This document shows, piece after piece, positions 1-9,995 of a DNA stretch of 58,360 nucleotides. The DNA lies in contig CBFFRP010000248.1 in NCBI GenBank assembly GCA_965644295.1, forward strand, positions 1 through 58,360, read 5' to 3'. The translations under genes and the position numbers were made by a program. The DNA is from Paraphysomonas bandaiensis (taxonomy: Eukaryota > Protista > Chrysophyceae). The notes under the pieces are model-generated. The model searched no databases and was not told the DNA's origin. It worked only from the letters and a program-made list of their open reading frames with translations. Numbering within the stretch: the stretch's first letter is position 1; every line of letters starts with the position of its first letter.

Positions 1-1727
1 ATTCTATGAGTGATTATCCTTGTTAATATTTTCCTACTGACTTCAAGCAGACCAATCGGTCGGAGATTAGTGAGGGAGGATTCTCCTGGTTTCTTGAGAA
101 TGGGAGACATTACCCTGTCTCTCCACCAAATGGGCACATGTTTATGTTTCCAGAGAGATCTGGTGAGGATGTAAGCCTCCCGCTGAACTACCGGTGGCCA
201 GGATTTGACCATGTTGGAGGAGACCATTGAGGGTCCAGGCGCGCGGTTGAAGGAGAGAGAGTGAAGTGTGCAGTAGAATTCATCCTGGGTGATGTCTTTT
301 GCAAGAGTAGATTTGAGTGGTGGCTGCCATGGCCAGAGGGTCTTGGTACAAAGGGCCCCGTGTAACCAGCTGCAGGAAGAGGGATTTTCGAGCGGGGGTG
401 GAGTGGTTCCTGGCATGTCGCTGAGCCCTGGATCAAGAAGGGATTTCCACCATGTAGGGTCCATCCTGGAGCTGCTGTGCTACAGGGTCAAGTCCAGGAG
501 GTTTGGCATGATGTTCACGGAAGTGCGCATTAATGCCTTCATGAATGTCTTGCGGTGTTGTGAGGATGTGTCCGTCAGTTGTTTTCACCGTGGTAAGTCG
601 GAGTGGTGTTTTGACCTTGAGACCAATTTTCTGAAGAATTGCTTGAAGTCTTTCTGCTGTAGCAGTGCCTCCATCTGATTGGTGCGAGCCGTGAGTCTAG
701 TCCGCATTTCTGTCCTGGCTCTTCCATGAAGAAGTCCTCTCAGTCGTGCAAGGCACTTCGGAGAAGGTTTTTCTTGGTGGCTTGCTTTTCGTTCCAACCC
801 AGGATTACCGTCGTGGGTCCGCGTCGCGATGGCTGCACCAGAAGTTGGTGTCTGATATGCCTTTGATGTGGACCCCGAGAACTCCTGCAGATAGGAGTCC
901 CATCGGATGAACCATGCAGTGATGATTTCGTGGGTGGGGGTGGTTGGCCGGGGGCCGCGCCATCCATGCCGTTTGTATCCGGCAGAATTGAACATCTTTT
1001 CGGATAATCCGCAAAACCATGATCATTCCTTCCTGTATTACTCTCATTTCCGGGGAAAAGCCATTCTTGAACTTTGAGCGTTTGCGCTGACAACGTTCGT
1101 GTAGTCGTGTGCTATAAGTACATGCAGGACGCTTCGCCTCGAGCGAAGCCTGGAGGGTTATGTGATGGATGGCCGCTAGTCTGTCGGCTGCCACCCTCAG
1201 GAGGGAGTATGGCAGACGATCCGTTGTCAAATGTGGTAGTTGTGCATGAAGTTGGAGGAGTCTTGCGGTGTATACCTGTACTTCCTTGGAGTCCTTCGGG
1301 TTTACATTGAGACGGGGGGGGATTCGGAGGTGCGACTCAGGTGGTCGAGGGTCAAGATTGACTGGTACAGTGAAACCGACCCAGACCGGTCGATGATCGA
1401 AGGCTGCTGCGAGTAGTGAGGGGGAGTCAAGGCAGCCAGTGTCCGTAACAGACATGTTCGGAAGTAACGGCGTGTGTAGAATATGATCGATCCGCGATAT
1501 TCCTTTGTCTAATCTGTGGAAGGTAAGTGATATGTTTTCCCGGGTAGGAGAAGCTCATGAGAGTGGTGCAGCCAGTTGGAGTTTGTCGGCAAGTGGTCGT
1601 ATGTCTCTGCTCTTCGGATTTGTCTCCATGGAGCTTATTGAAGTCGCCGGCGACAATGACAGTATGGTCCTTGGCTCTGGCTTTAGTGACCCATTTCGTA
1701 AGGATGTTGCATAGGAGCTTGTAGGGG

Positions 1728-4700
1728 TCAGCCGTACAGATACCACGGGACGCTCTCCCTAGCTTGGTCAATTTGCTCCATAATGTGCAAGAGCCTGGCG
1801 TGGATGGCTTCGGGGGTAGATAGACGCTTATTAGTACTAGGGGTGTGCGCCACCGACGTTTTGAACTCTAGTCGGCTCACTAAACCAAGTCCCGTAAAGT
1901 CAGCCTTTGTGAAGGCGAGACGGCGCTTCCAGTATTCGCTGATTATGACTACTGTACCCCCCATTAGTGGGTCTCTTGAAGTCAGTTTTGGCTGCTTGCT
2001 GAGGAAGAGGCATATTCTTGATCCCTGGATTGCATCTTCTATGATACGTGTGAAGAAGTTGGCCTGAGTTTCTGTTAGACGGACATCCTGTAATAGGAGC
2101 ACGTCCAATTTTTGCCGCTTAAAGTGTCGGATGATAGCTTGGACTTTGCCTGTGTGAGATGCCGGATTGCCATTTGTGTTCCATGTGGAGAGTCGGAGTC
2201 CCATGGCTGCTCCCGAGGGAGCCTTGGGGATGCTGCTGGAGGTCTCTGTAGGAGTTCCACTCTTGTCTGCAAGGAGTCTGTCCCATACTGCTTTATTGGC
2301 ACCGCCTATGTCGCTGTCGTACGCAGCCCTGGCTTGGATTAATATCTCAAGTGGCCAGCGTTGATCACACCAGTAATGATGCCCGTAGTTGATGAGAAGT
2401 TCTTCATCCTTAGCAATGGGACGTATTGTACGGACATAGAGGCGTTTATTTTTCGTGACAAACTTGACATTAGCCATGTTTGTGGCTAGGGGGTCATTAA
2501 TATACCCAGCTTCGCATGTTACACATTGTCGGACTTGGTCAAAGCCATCTATTGCGAAGGTACCAGTACTGTCTTGAACTATGTAATCAGAACGCCTTGC
2601 AGACTGACTCAGCTTTGTTAGTGGATAGCGTTTGCCTTTGTACTCAGCAATGATGACGTCTGCTGGGAATGTGTTCTTCGCATAAAGGGATAGTCCTTTG
2701 GCAGTGTTATCGGCGTACGCAATGTAGAACTTTCTTGACCAGTCCTTGTCCCAGCTGGTGGTATCAAGTGCTGGAGTTGGTCTGATCGTTCGTGTGGTCG
2801 TGGATTGGTGTGAGTTGTGAAGGTTCGTTGGTTGGTCACTTTCATCGTAATTTACGACCTTTTTGGCTTTCCGGGTTGGCTGGCATCGACTTGTCAACGC
2901 AGTTTGGGCGTGTTTCAACTGCATCTTCCTGTGCGATGGTAGTGCTCCAGGGGTTGAAGCCTGCAGAATCTGTCGATTTGTTCGTGCTAACTTGGTGCTG
3001 CTGGACGAGGTTGTTCTGGTGCTGGTCGTCTTTGATGTCCTATTGTTGTTCGTGATTGAGTCCGCGGGAAGTGTAGGTGGAGCGATGGGGTCAGACGTTG
3101 AGAGTATACTGGTGGCCAAGGTGTTTTCAAGAGATAGTAGGGCGTTGTCTAGGGCAGTAGAAAGACCGGCAGGGTCTAAGAGGAAGTAGTGAGCATCTTG
3201 TAGTATGACATGGTAGTAGTTATCACGAATAGCGTTCCTAAGTTCCTCCACCTTCCATGCGATGTTATAAGCTACTTTGTCAGTAGGGATACCTACAATG
3301 CTGAGATAATTACCATTTTGCGCCCACGTCGTGCAGGGGTTGATAGTAGAGGCTAAAAGGTGGACCTCTCGCACTGAGAGCCAGTGAGTTATGTCGTCCT
3401 CCGTAGTGTATGTTGTTTTGGCAGGTATTAAAAGTGCGGCCTGTGCGTGATCCAACTTATGTCGTAGTGGCTGAAGTGTGTGATGGGCCATGCACTCCCG
3501 TTGCATTGTGTCGAACGCTTGGGTGCCTAATGTATTTATAAAAGATGCTAGCGTGTGACGGTCCTTGCGTTGTTTGAGGTCTAATTTCAGACAGGAGCGA
3601 GTGTGTCGCCTGCTTGAAGCAAGAATGTGCAGATGATAGAGTGTGCTGTATGCGCAGTATCCATCACTTGGGATATGTTGTTGTGTGCGAAGGGCTGAGG
3701 GTCTGAGGGTGAGGCGATAGACTCTGCTCATGTCGCACATATGGAGCCTGAGTTGTCGACGGTCCGTGGGGTTCATCTGCCGTAGTTGACGTCGAGCTCT
3801 CGGTGACAAGGAGACTGCAATTACTTCCCTCTGTTCCTGTTGCTCTCTTTGCTCATGTAGCATAGATGGTACAGTTGACGGTTCCGAAGTCCAGATGATG
3901 TTGGTGCTCTGTCTGGAGGTCTGGTGTTGTAGAAAACAGGATAGCCGCTCCTGAGTTCGTGTTAGAGCGTGCATGATGGAGGTGGGGATATTTGTTGCAT
4001 TTAGTATGTGAAACCCATGCTGGCTGCGTATGATGTCATGGGTTACCACAGTGTTGGTAGAAGCGTGCACTGTTAGTGCCTGTCTGGAGAATGGTGATAG
4101 CTGTGCCCAACCAGGCGCCAGGTGCGGTTGAACAGCGTCCCATAGTCTGTATGGTATGGAGAGAAGATCGAGTAGCAGTTGGAAATCCTCCGTGTCTAGA
4201 TGTAGTCCTGTGTGTGGATTCGAGGATTCATATTGCATAAGTGTCTTACGGAGAGTGACAGTGGCTGTTGAGGGAATACCCTTTGTCAGGCAAAGGGTCC
4301 GCACATGCCTAGATACAACATGAGTGGAGTCTGCCCAGGGTTTGTTGCCATTCGCGAGATGCTGGGCAACTAGTAGGGCGCTGTGCGTGGTGTCCAATTT
4401 GTGCTCTGGTAGCGTGAATGATATCATGAGATCATAGTTGTCCGTCCTGGAAGCCTTGGCTATGAATCCTTCCCATATGTCTAAACAGGCAGGGGATAGC
4501 ATGTGTGCGTATATTTCTTTTAAAAGGTTTCCCTGTGGGGAGGCAGCAATGGTTTGGGTTTCATCATATCTAACCCAGTTGTTCGGCAGATCGGAGTGAA
4601 AGGGCGTGTGACCCCGGCCCTCTGTGTAGTGTAGGGGGTATGTGGCAATATCCTTGGGCAGTACATCCGGCCTGAGGTCAGGAGTGGTAGTGGAGAGTGA

Positions 4701-5996
4701 GGATGGGCCGTCTGGGGCTAATGCTGGAGTTCCCATGGTGTTCAGTTGAGTAAGGTTGGTGGTAGGTGGCTTCCGTTTGACTGGGAAATAGTCAAATAAC
4801 GTTGCATACGGTGTGGTGGCATCCTTAGTGGGTAAGGGTAATGTGTGGGTGGATTTGCTGGGTCCGTCACCGCTGTTATCGGAGGAGAATTCCTTCCCCT
4901 GAAGGGCGTGGGAGGGATGGTTGATGGACCTGGCACGGTGGACTCCTTGCATTCCCTTGGAATGACATTGCAACACATTTTGGAGACGCATGATGACGAG
5001 GTCAGGAATTCTCTCGAGTAGCGCGTGTAGTTCCAACTCCACCGGGTATTTGGTGTCCAGGAAGAAGTGATCGTTGGAGCAAAACACATCATAAGATGGA
5101 AGGAATTGAGTTTGTGGAAGGAAGGAGGAATAGTGGGTGGACCAGTACGCCCAGTAAGGGAGAGGCGATAGTTTGTCTGGGGGTTTTCTAGGAGGAGGTA
5201 GAGTGTACTGTGTGTGTGTATGACACTGCAGTGGTGTTATGAGTGTGTTGGACAGAGAGAGAGAGCTGGTGATGTGTCCAACAGTACAGGTAGACAGGTA
5301 CATGGACATGGTGATGTGTCCAACAGTACAGGTAGACAGGTACATGGACATGGTGATGTGTCCAACAGTACAGGTAGACAGGTACATGGACATGGTGATG
5401 TGTCCAACAGCAGTAGAGGTATACACGGAATGGTATACATCCTGTAGGACACAGTAGTACAGTAGTCGAGTATACCGTATGCGGAATACAGTGTCTATCC
5501 AATGAGATGGATGGGCTGTGGGGGTGATAGGTGAACAGGGTGAGGGGGTAGCCTGCTGGGTGGATGGACCACAGACAAACCATGTTGGGTTGGGTTGAGT
5601 GGGCGGCAGAAGGCAGCCCTGTTGCACAGTTGAGAGGGATCGAGAGTATTCAGTGATTGCATAGGGGGTCCATGGGGGTCGTTTTCGTGAGCCTGCTCGC
5701 ACGAGCCATGTTCTGAGAGGTTGTAGCCGTAGAAAGCGATGGGTGAGACGAAGTTGTCTGCTGAGGGGATAGCACGTAGGTGCGGTCAGCGCTGCATTGG
5801 TGCAGGCACGTGGTTTAACTGAAGTAGTTGAGTAGGGTGAAGGTTGCAAGGCCAGGCAGGGGGGCTTGGAGCGTGTACAACATGGTGTGACAGGTAATTT
5901 GTCGGAAGCGTGGTGGTCAACAAAATGCAGCAGTAAGGGAGTGTAAAAGGCCCTGGGCACACTGATGTGACTCAGCCACAGTCTCAATAGAGACAT
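1728..5996 (-). CDS. LINE polyprotein N-terminal ORF (1422 aa): OTU-like protease (~3180-3680), SET domain (~2370-2730), APE N-terminal half
   Basis: OTU-like IPSDGYCAY...QDAHYF. SET: KGLSLYAK...IAEYKG...AGYINDP...NVKF...IRPIAKDEELLINYGHHYW. Then MGLRLSTWNTNG. The true start may be downstream of 5996. Confidence 0.85.
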   Translation of the reverse strand: MSLLRLWLSHISVPRAFYTPLLLHFVDHHASDKLPVTPCCTRSKPPCLALQPSPYSTTSVKPRACTNAALTAPTCYPLSRQLRLTHRFLRLQPLRTWLVRAGSRKRPPWTPYAITEYSRSLSTVQQGCLLPPTQPNPTWFVCGPSTQQATPSPCSPITPTAHPSHWIDTVFRIRYTRLLYYCVLQDVYHSVYTSTAVGHITMSMYLSTCTVGHITMSMYLSTCTVGHITMSMYLSTCTVGHITSSLSLSNTLITPLQCHTHTQYTLPPPRKPPDKLSPLPYWAYWSTHYSSFLPQTQFLPSYDVFCSNDHFFLDTKYPVELELHALLERIPDLVIMRLQNVLQCHSKGMQGVHRARSINHPSHALQGKEFSSDNSGDGPSKSTHTLPLPTKDATTPYATLFDYFPVKRKPPTTNLTQLNTMGTPALAPDGPSSLSTTTPDLRPDVLPKDIATYPLHYTEGRGHTPFHSDLPNNWVRYDETQTIAASPQGNLLKEIYAHMLSPACLDIWEGFIAKASRTDNYDLMISFTLPEHKLDTTHSALLVAQHLANGNKPWADSTHVVSRHVRTLCLTKGIPSTATVTLRKTLMQYESSNPHTGLHLDTEDFQLLLDLLSIPYRLWDAVQPHLAPGWAQLSPFSRQALTVHASTNTVVTHDIIRSQHGFHILNATNIPTSIMHALTRTQERLSCFLQHQTSRQSTNIIWTSEPSTVPSMLHEQREQQEQREVIAVSLSPRARRQLRQMNPTDRRQLRLHMCDMSRVYRLTLRPSALRTQQHIPSDGYCAYSTLYHLHILASSRRHTRSCLKLDLKQRKDRHTLASFINTLGTQAFDTMQRECMAHHTLQPLRHKLDHAQAALLIPAKTTYTTEDDITHWLSVREVHLLASTINPCTTWAQNGNYLSIVGIPTDKVAYNIAWKVEELRNAIRDNYYHVILQDAHYFLLDPAGLSTALDNALLSLENTLATSILSTSDPIAPPTLPADSITNNNRTSKTTSTRTTSSSSTKLARTNRQILQASTPGALPSHRKMQLKHAQTALTSRCQPTRKAKKVVNYDESDQPTNLHNSHQSTTTRTIRPTPALDTTSWDKDWSRKFYIAYADNTAKGLSLYAKNTFPADVIIAEYKGKRYPLTKLSQSARRSDYIVQDSTGTFAIDGFDQVRQCVTCEAGYINDPLATNMANVKFVTKNKRLYVRTIRPIAKDEELLINYGHHYWCDQRWPLEILIQARAAYDSDIGGANKAVWDRLLADKSGTPTETSSSIPKAPSGAAMGLRLSTWNTNGNPASHTGKVQAIIRHFKRQKLDVLLLQDVRLTETQANFFTRIIEDAIQGSRICLFLSKQPKLTSRDPLMGGTVVIISEYWKRRLAFTKADFTGLGLVSRLEFKTSVAHTPSTNKRLSTPEAIHARLLHIMEQIDQARESVPWYLYG
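5267..5410. repeat. 42-bp tandem repeat (~3.4 copies) in LINE 5' region
   Basis: The unit TGGTGATGTGTCCAACAGTACAGGTAGACAGGTACATGGACA starts at 5267, 5309, 5351 and 5393 (partial). It is frame-preserving (TCTVGHITMSMYLS). Confidence 0.95.
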
Positions 5997-6169
5997 TGGG
6001 CTTGGAGCTGGTTAATAGAGTGAAACTTTATGTTGGACTGTATTTGCCATCGTAGGGCAGAGAATTTTTAACATGTAGACTTATTGTTTGGATTCTTATT
6101 GGAAGAAGCCTTGCCCATATTGAGGAATGTCATGAATACCTACTATTTTTCGCAGGATATAAGATATAC

Positions 6170-7711
6170 CAGGGCCTGGTAACCATTAATGGCCCATTAA
6201 TGGTATTCCAGTTCCCCGCAATTATAATGGCATTAATGGCCTATTAATACCTACTAACTTAAAGTAGATAGCACCACTCATATAATAGATGGTGTTGTGC
6301 TCCCTTAATTACTAATTTTTAGTTAAATATTAGCAGACTACAAATTTTAACTACTTCTCGCTCTCTACTGGCACATCAGGACCTTCTTTCAGGGCTTCAT
6401 GGAGGGTATAAACATCCCACAACATGGAATTGGCTCGTAGAAATAGCAACGATTCTAGACGGAATGGATTCATGTCTCTACGCTTATAGGTGTCATAATT
6501 AACTTTGCACGACTAAAGAGCCTCTCAACAACATTAGATTGTGCTTCAATATGAAGCAAGCAGCGGTAGTTGGACTCATATGTACCAAGTCGAGCTCTCT
6601 TGGTGACCTCGGCGCTGTCCAGAACACGCTGTGCAAAATCAGTTCCTTCAATCTCGTCCTCGTTATTTCTGTCGGGTACACCAACCTCCATGGATGAATC
6701 CAGTTGCAAATGTCTAACTGCTCTTCTCTCATTGCCTGTCAACTCTCTTTCATCGTTCCCTTGAATTTTAGCCACTGCCTTCTCAATATTTGCACTGGCA
6801 ACAAAATGCTTGCATTCGGGGAAAGGTATGAATGCAGCTCTGGAAATTCTGGCGGGCTTGGTACAAATTTGTTCCATCTCTTTGTAAGGCCAGCGTAGCA
6901 CTCTCTAGAATTTTTCAAGTTGCGTCAAAAATTGTTTCAGCTTTCAAAAGTTAGTTGGAGTTAGAATCTGGAGTAAGGAGATACTTTCTTTCTTATAAAA
7001 GACAATAAATCGCCAACGTGAAGTCTTTCATTTCCCGAAATTCTCTCGAGTTCCTCTCGCCAAGAAATATTTGGCGCCCTTCTTGGCTTTATGATTCTCA
7101 CAAGTCGTGTAACCTCGCTGTATACTTTGTTTAAGGCGATCATTGCACAACAAACAAATATGATACAGAGCACTGAGAGAATTCTCTGAATCCACTCGGA
7201 AGTCGGAAGAAGACTCAGACTGTAAATTACACTGCCATCATCGTTGCTAATATATGCTATGTATGGTATATGTACAGAGTATACTTTCTTTGCTTAGTTA
7301 GCTTCTTTCAACTTTGGGGAAAAATAGTGTTTTTATGAATGTTTTTAGGCGAAATATGCATATTTTCAATGATTATTTTAGAGTTTTATGGGTACGTTGC
7401 TATGAATATCGCACAGGACACTATTCTCTGACTCTAGAATGCATTTAGAAGACAATGAACAAAGTTGCCACAGAGTGCCAGTAGAGTTGCATGAACATTG
7501 TTGTCTAATATTGTTTAGAGTTTCTTCGGAGTGTAGAGGAGATACTATACTCTTAAGAACACTCAGTTCTATGTATAGCAGTATAGATCATTAATGGTAG
7601 TCCTGTTCCCGGCAATTATAATGGCATTAATTAAAAATGTCCCGGCAATTATAATGGCATTACCATTAATGACCCATTAATGCCATTACCATTATTGGTT
7701 ACCAGGCCCTG
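6170..7711 (-). mobile_element. hAT DNA transposon, internally deleted non-autonomous copy (family A, copy 1)
   Basis: TIR CAGGGCCTGGTAACC...GGTTACCAGGCCCTG with a perfect 8-bp TSD AGATATAC (6162-6169 / 7712-7719). Subterminal CCATTAATGG / ATTATAATGG repeats. Transposase remnants include the hAT C-terminal QSNVVERLFSRAKLIM and an N-terminal CxxC...GY...H BED-like finger. Confidence 0.93.
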
Positions 7712-8287
7712 AGATATACTTTTACATAGCTGCTTAGGAACACAAAGAGCAAGCTACGAGCAGTTCGAGATCCTGTCGTTACTGGATACAGGATTTAGTC
7801 TGTATAGAAGTGATATTGCGAGGCATAACGATTGCAAGAATTTTCTCCGATTACGATTGTACAACAGTCCCCAACCTTGTCAGTCTTAGCACTGCTGATA
7901 TGCACAGAACTGTATAGCATTTCTATTTATAACGTATTCTATTGATAAATTACAACAGGTTCGAAGACATGCTCTGTGGTATGTTTCAAGCGATTCCTAG
8001 AAGTGTCAATTTGACCTGGTTGACGTACTACAACATAATTATACCATATGTGATTTGAAGTGGAATATTATTTAAAAGAATTAACGTTTATTCCAGTTCG
8101 TATTCAAGTCTATTTCAAGTTTTCCAGACAGCGTACATCAATCACAAGAATCGATCAACTCGGCATGCGTGTGGCCCTCACATTAAGACAGTATCATTGC
8201 AAACAATAACAGTGTGGTGACAGGTCCATGCGGTACATCTCTGTGCATAGAGTCGTATTTCTATTGAGCAATATGATCAGCACTGCC

Positions 8288-8406
8288 ATGGACGGTCATA
8301 CAATGCAAACCGCACCCGCTCTCGTTCCGCTCGCGGAAGTTAAGTTGCATCTGGCCCGGTTAGTAGTACGGTGGGTGACCACGTGCGAAGTCCGGGTACT
8401 GTCCGT
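8288..8406 (+). rRNA. 5S rRNA (single dispersed copy)
   Basis: 119 nt: ATGGACGGTCATAC...GGAAGTTAAG...GGTTAGTAGTACGGTGGGTGACCAC...GTACTGTCCGT. The terminal helix ATGGACGGT/ACTGTCCGT pairs, the A- and C-box-like elements are intact, and a T-run Pol III terminator follows. Confidence 0.95.
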
Positions 8407-8769
8407 TTTTGTCACGTATTTTATTGTAGCATTCGAGAATATATTGAGAACAACGACTTTAAACGTACAGTATGGCTAAGTGTTCAGTGCTGTGAGTGTG
8501 GTGTGAGATGAAGATACCAGCAAGATACGGCACGACTCAGAGGCAGCATGCCTGATTGACACCATCATGATGCTGTCCATGTGGAATACGGCCCCTACAG
8601 TTGTATTTTGTGTTCTTATACCATTCTGCACTGTGTCTGTATACGTATGTATATGTATATATGTATATACCTGTACGCCTACACGTGTACGTCCCTGCTG
8701 TGCATATACACGCACATCTATGTACAGACAGCCTCATAGCATACATCAACATAACAATCGACAGTGATC

Positions 8770-9791
8770 ATGCGCCGGCTCCTGTCCCAGTCCAGTGTGC
8801 ATGCAGCAGTGTCATTGGGTCTCTGTGTCCCTGTAGTGTCTCTCAGTGACCCTCAACAACCCCCCGCTGTCCCTGCTGGTTCTCCTGCCTCTGATAAACC
8901 TCCTGCTCCTGCTCCTGCGAGGTGCCCTTTCGCTCATCTATGGGAATGGACGGGCTCTCTGTCCCTTCCTTTCGGTCACCCCTCTATCACAGACATCAGA
9001 GAGGATCCTGTTGAGTATAACAAGAGCCACTATCCCTCTGGACTTAACGCCATCTTCTTATCTGATGATGTTAAATCATATGAGAAGACATTCGCAGGTG
9101 ATGAGGGACTGCTTGAGAACCCTCAGGATAGAGAGATCGTCAAGTACGCCAACAATATTATCAGTACGCTGCAGGAGCATGGTCTTAGGAGAGGGAGTAG
9201 TGTGGCTGATATAGGGGCAGGAACCGGTGAGTATATTAGAACTGTATTCTGCTTACACTCTAATTGGAACGGTTCAGGATACATTACTAGGATGCTTGTG
9301 TCAGCTGTAGGGACTGAAGGTGAAGTATGGGCACAGGAAATATCACCAGGGTTCATGTCTATGTTGGAGAAGATGAAGACCAATGAAGACCTCGAAAACA
9401 TGCACATAATTGAGGGAAATGTGAAAGATTGCGGATTGCCTGCTGATTCACTTGACCTGGTTCTCGTATGTGATGTATACCACCACTTTGAGTATCCCCG
9501 CACGATGTGTCGGTAGGAGACTGCGACTGTGCTTTGCTGGTCTGACACTTTTTCAGGTCCATTCATAGTGCACTTAAGAAAGGCCCCAAGAAAGGCAGAC
9601 TGGCAGTTATTGACTTCCACAGGGATGATAGTAAGATATGGAGCCGCCCCAAAGGCTGGGTAATGGAACATGTCAGAGGCAACCAAGAGGACTTCAGAAA
9701 AGAAATCGAATCTGCAGGATTCCGCCTTGTGAGTAATCCAGCCATCCCTGGAATTACAGAGAACTACTGCATGATATTCGAGCCTGTATAA
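8770..9791 (+). CDS. Class I SAM-dependent methyltransferase (3 exons; introns 9227-9277 and 9513-9556)
   Basis: Motif I VADIGAGTG; WAQEI; DLVLVCDVYHHFEYP. The spliced C-terminus reads GRLAVIDFHRDD...WVMEHVRGNQEDFRKEIESAGF...ENYCMIFEPV*. Confidence 0.9.
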
Positions 9792-9995
9792 TTTATGGTG
9801 TGTGTTAGCTGCATGGTTATCAAATAAATAAGAATGTAGGATTTACTACTATTCTTCCATGAATGGTATCAGGTTCTTGGTTTTGGTCAACATCTATAAT
9901 AGCAAGAGTGCTCATACGACGAATGCATGAATGGATTTACTCTTTTCTGAGCATGGTAGCTGAGAGCAGTTTTCAGTTTCGAACCTGACATTCTT

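Larger units (their letters stand above)
1..5996 (-). mobile_element. Non-LTR retrotransposon (LINE), 5' portion; polyprotein OTU-like / SET / APE endonuclease / RT start; frameshifted, truncated by window edge
   Basis: APE motifs STWNTNG, DVLLLQDVR, (T)LVLISVYLPP, VIVAGDFN, SRIDHIL and FDHRPV occur across frames at ~1380-2204. The minus-strand translation of 1-250 gives RAPGPSMVSSNMVK...VMSPILKKPGESSLTNLRPIGLLEVSRKILTRII, matching the N-terminal subdomains of a non-LTR RT. No introns; strong strand compositional bias. Confidence 0.93.

Noticed and set aside
5267-5410. CRISPR-like regular repeat
   Set aside because: Units are head-to-tail with no unique spacers, in a eukaryotic context with no cas genes.
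7740-8000. GTTCGA motifs suggesting tRNA T-loops
   Set aside because: No cloverleaf or acceptor-stem pairing around them.
8228-8479. 83-aa ORF
   Set aside because: It overlaps the 5S rRNA gene, which explains the sequence.
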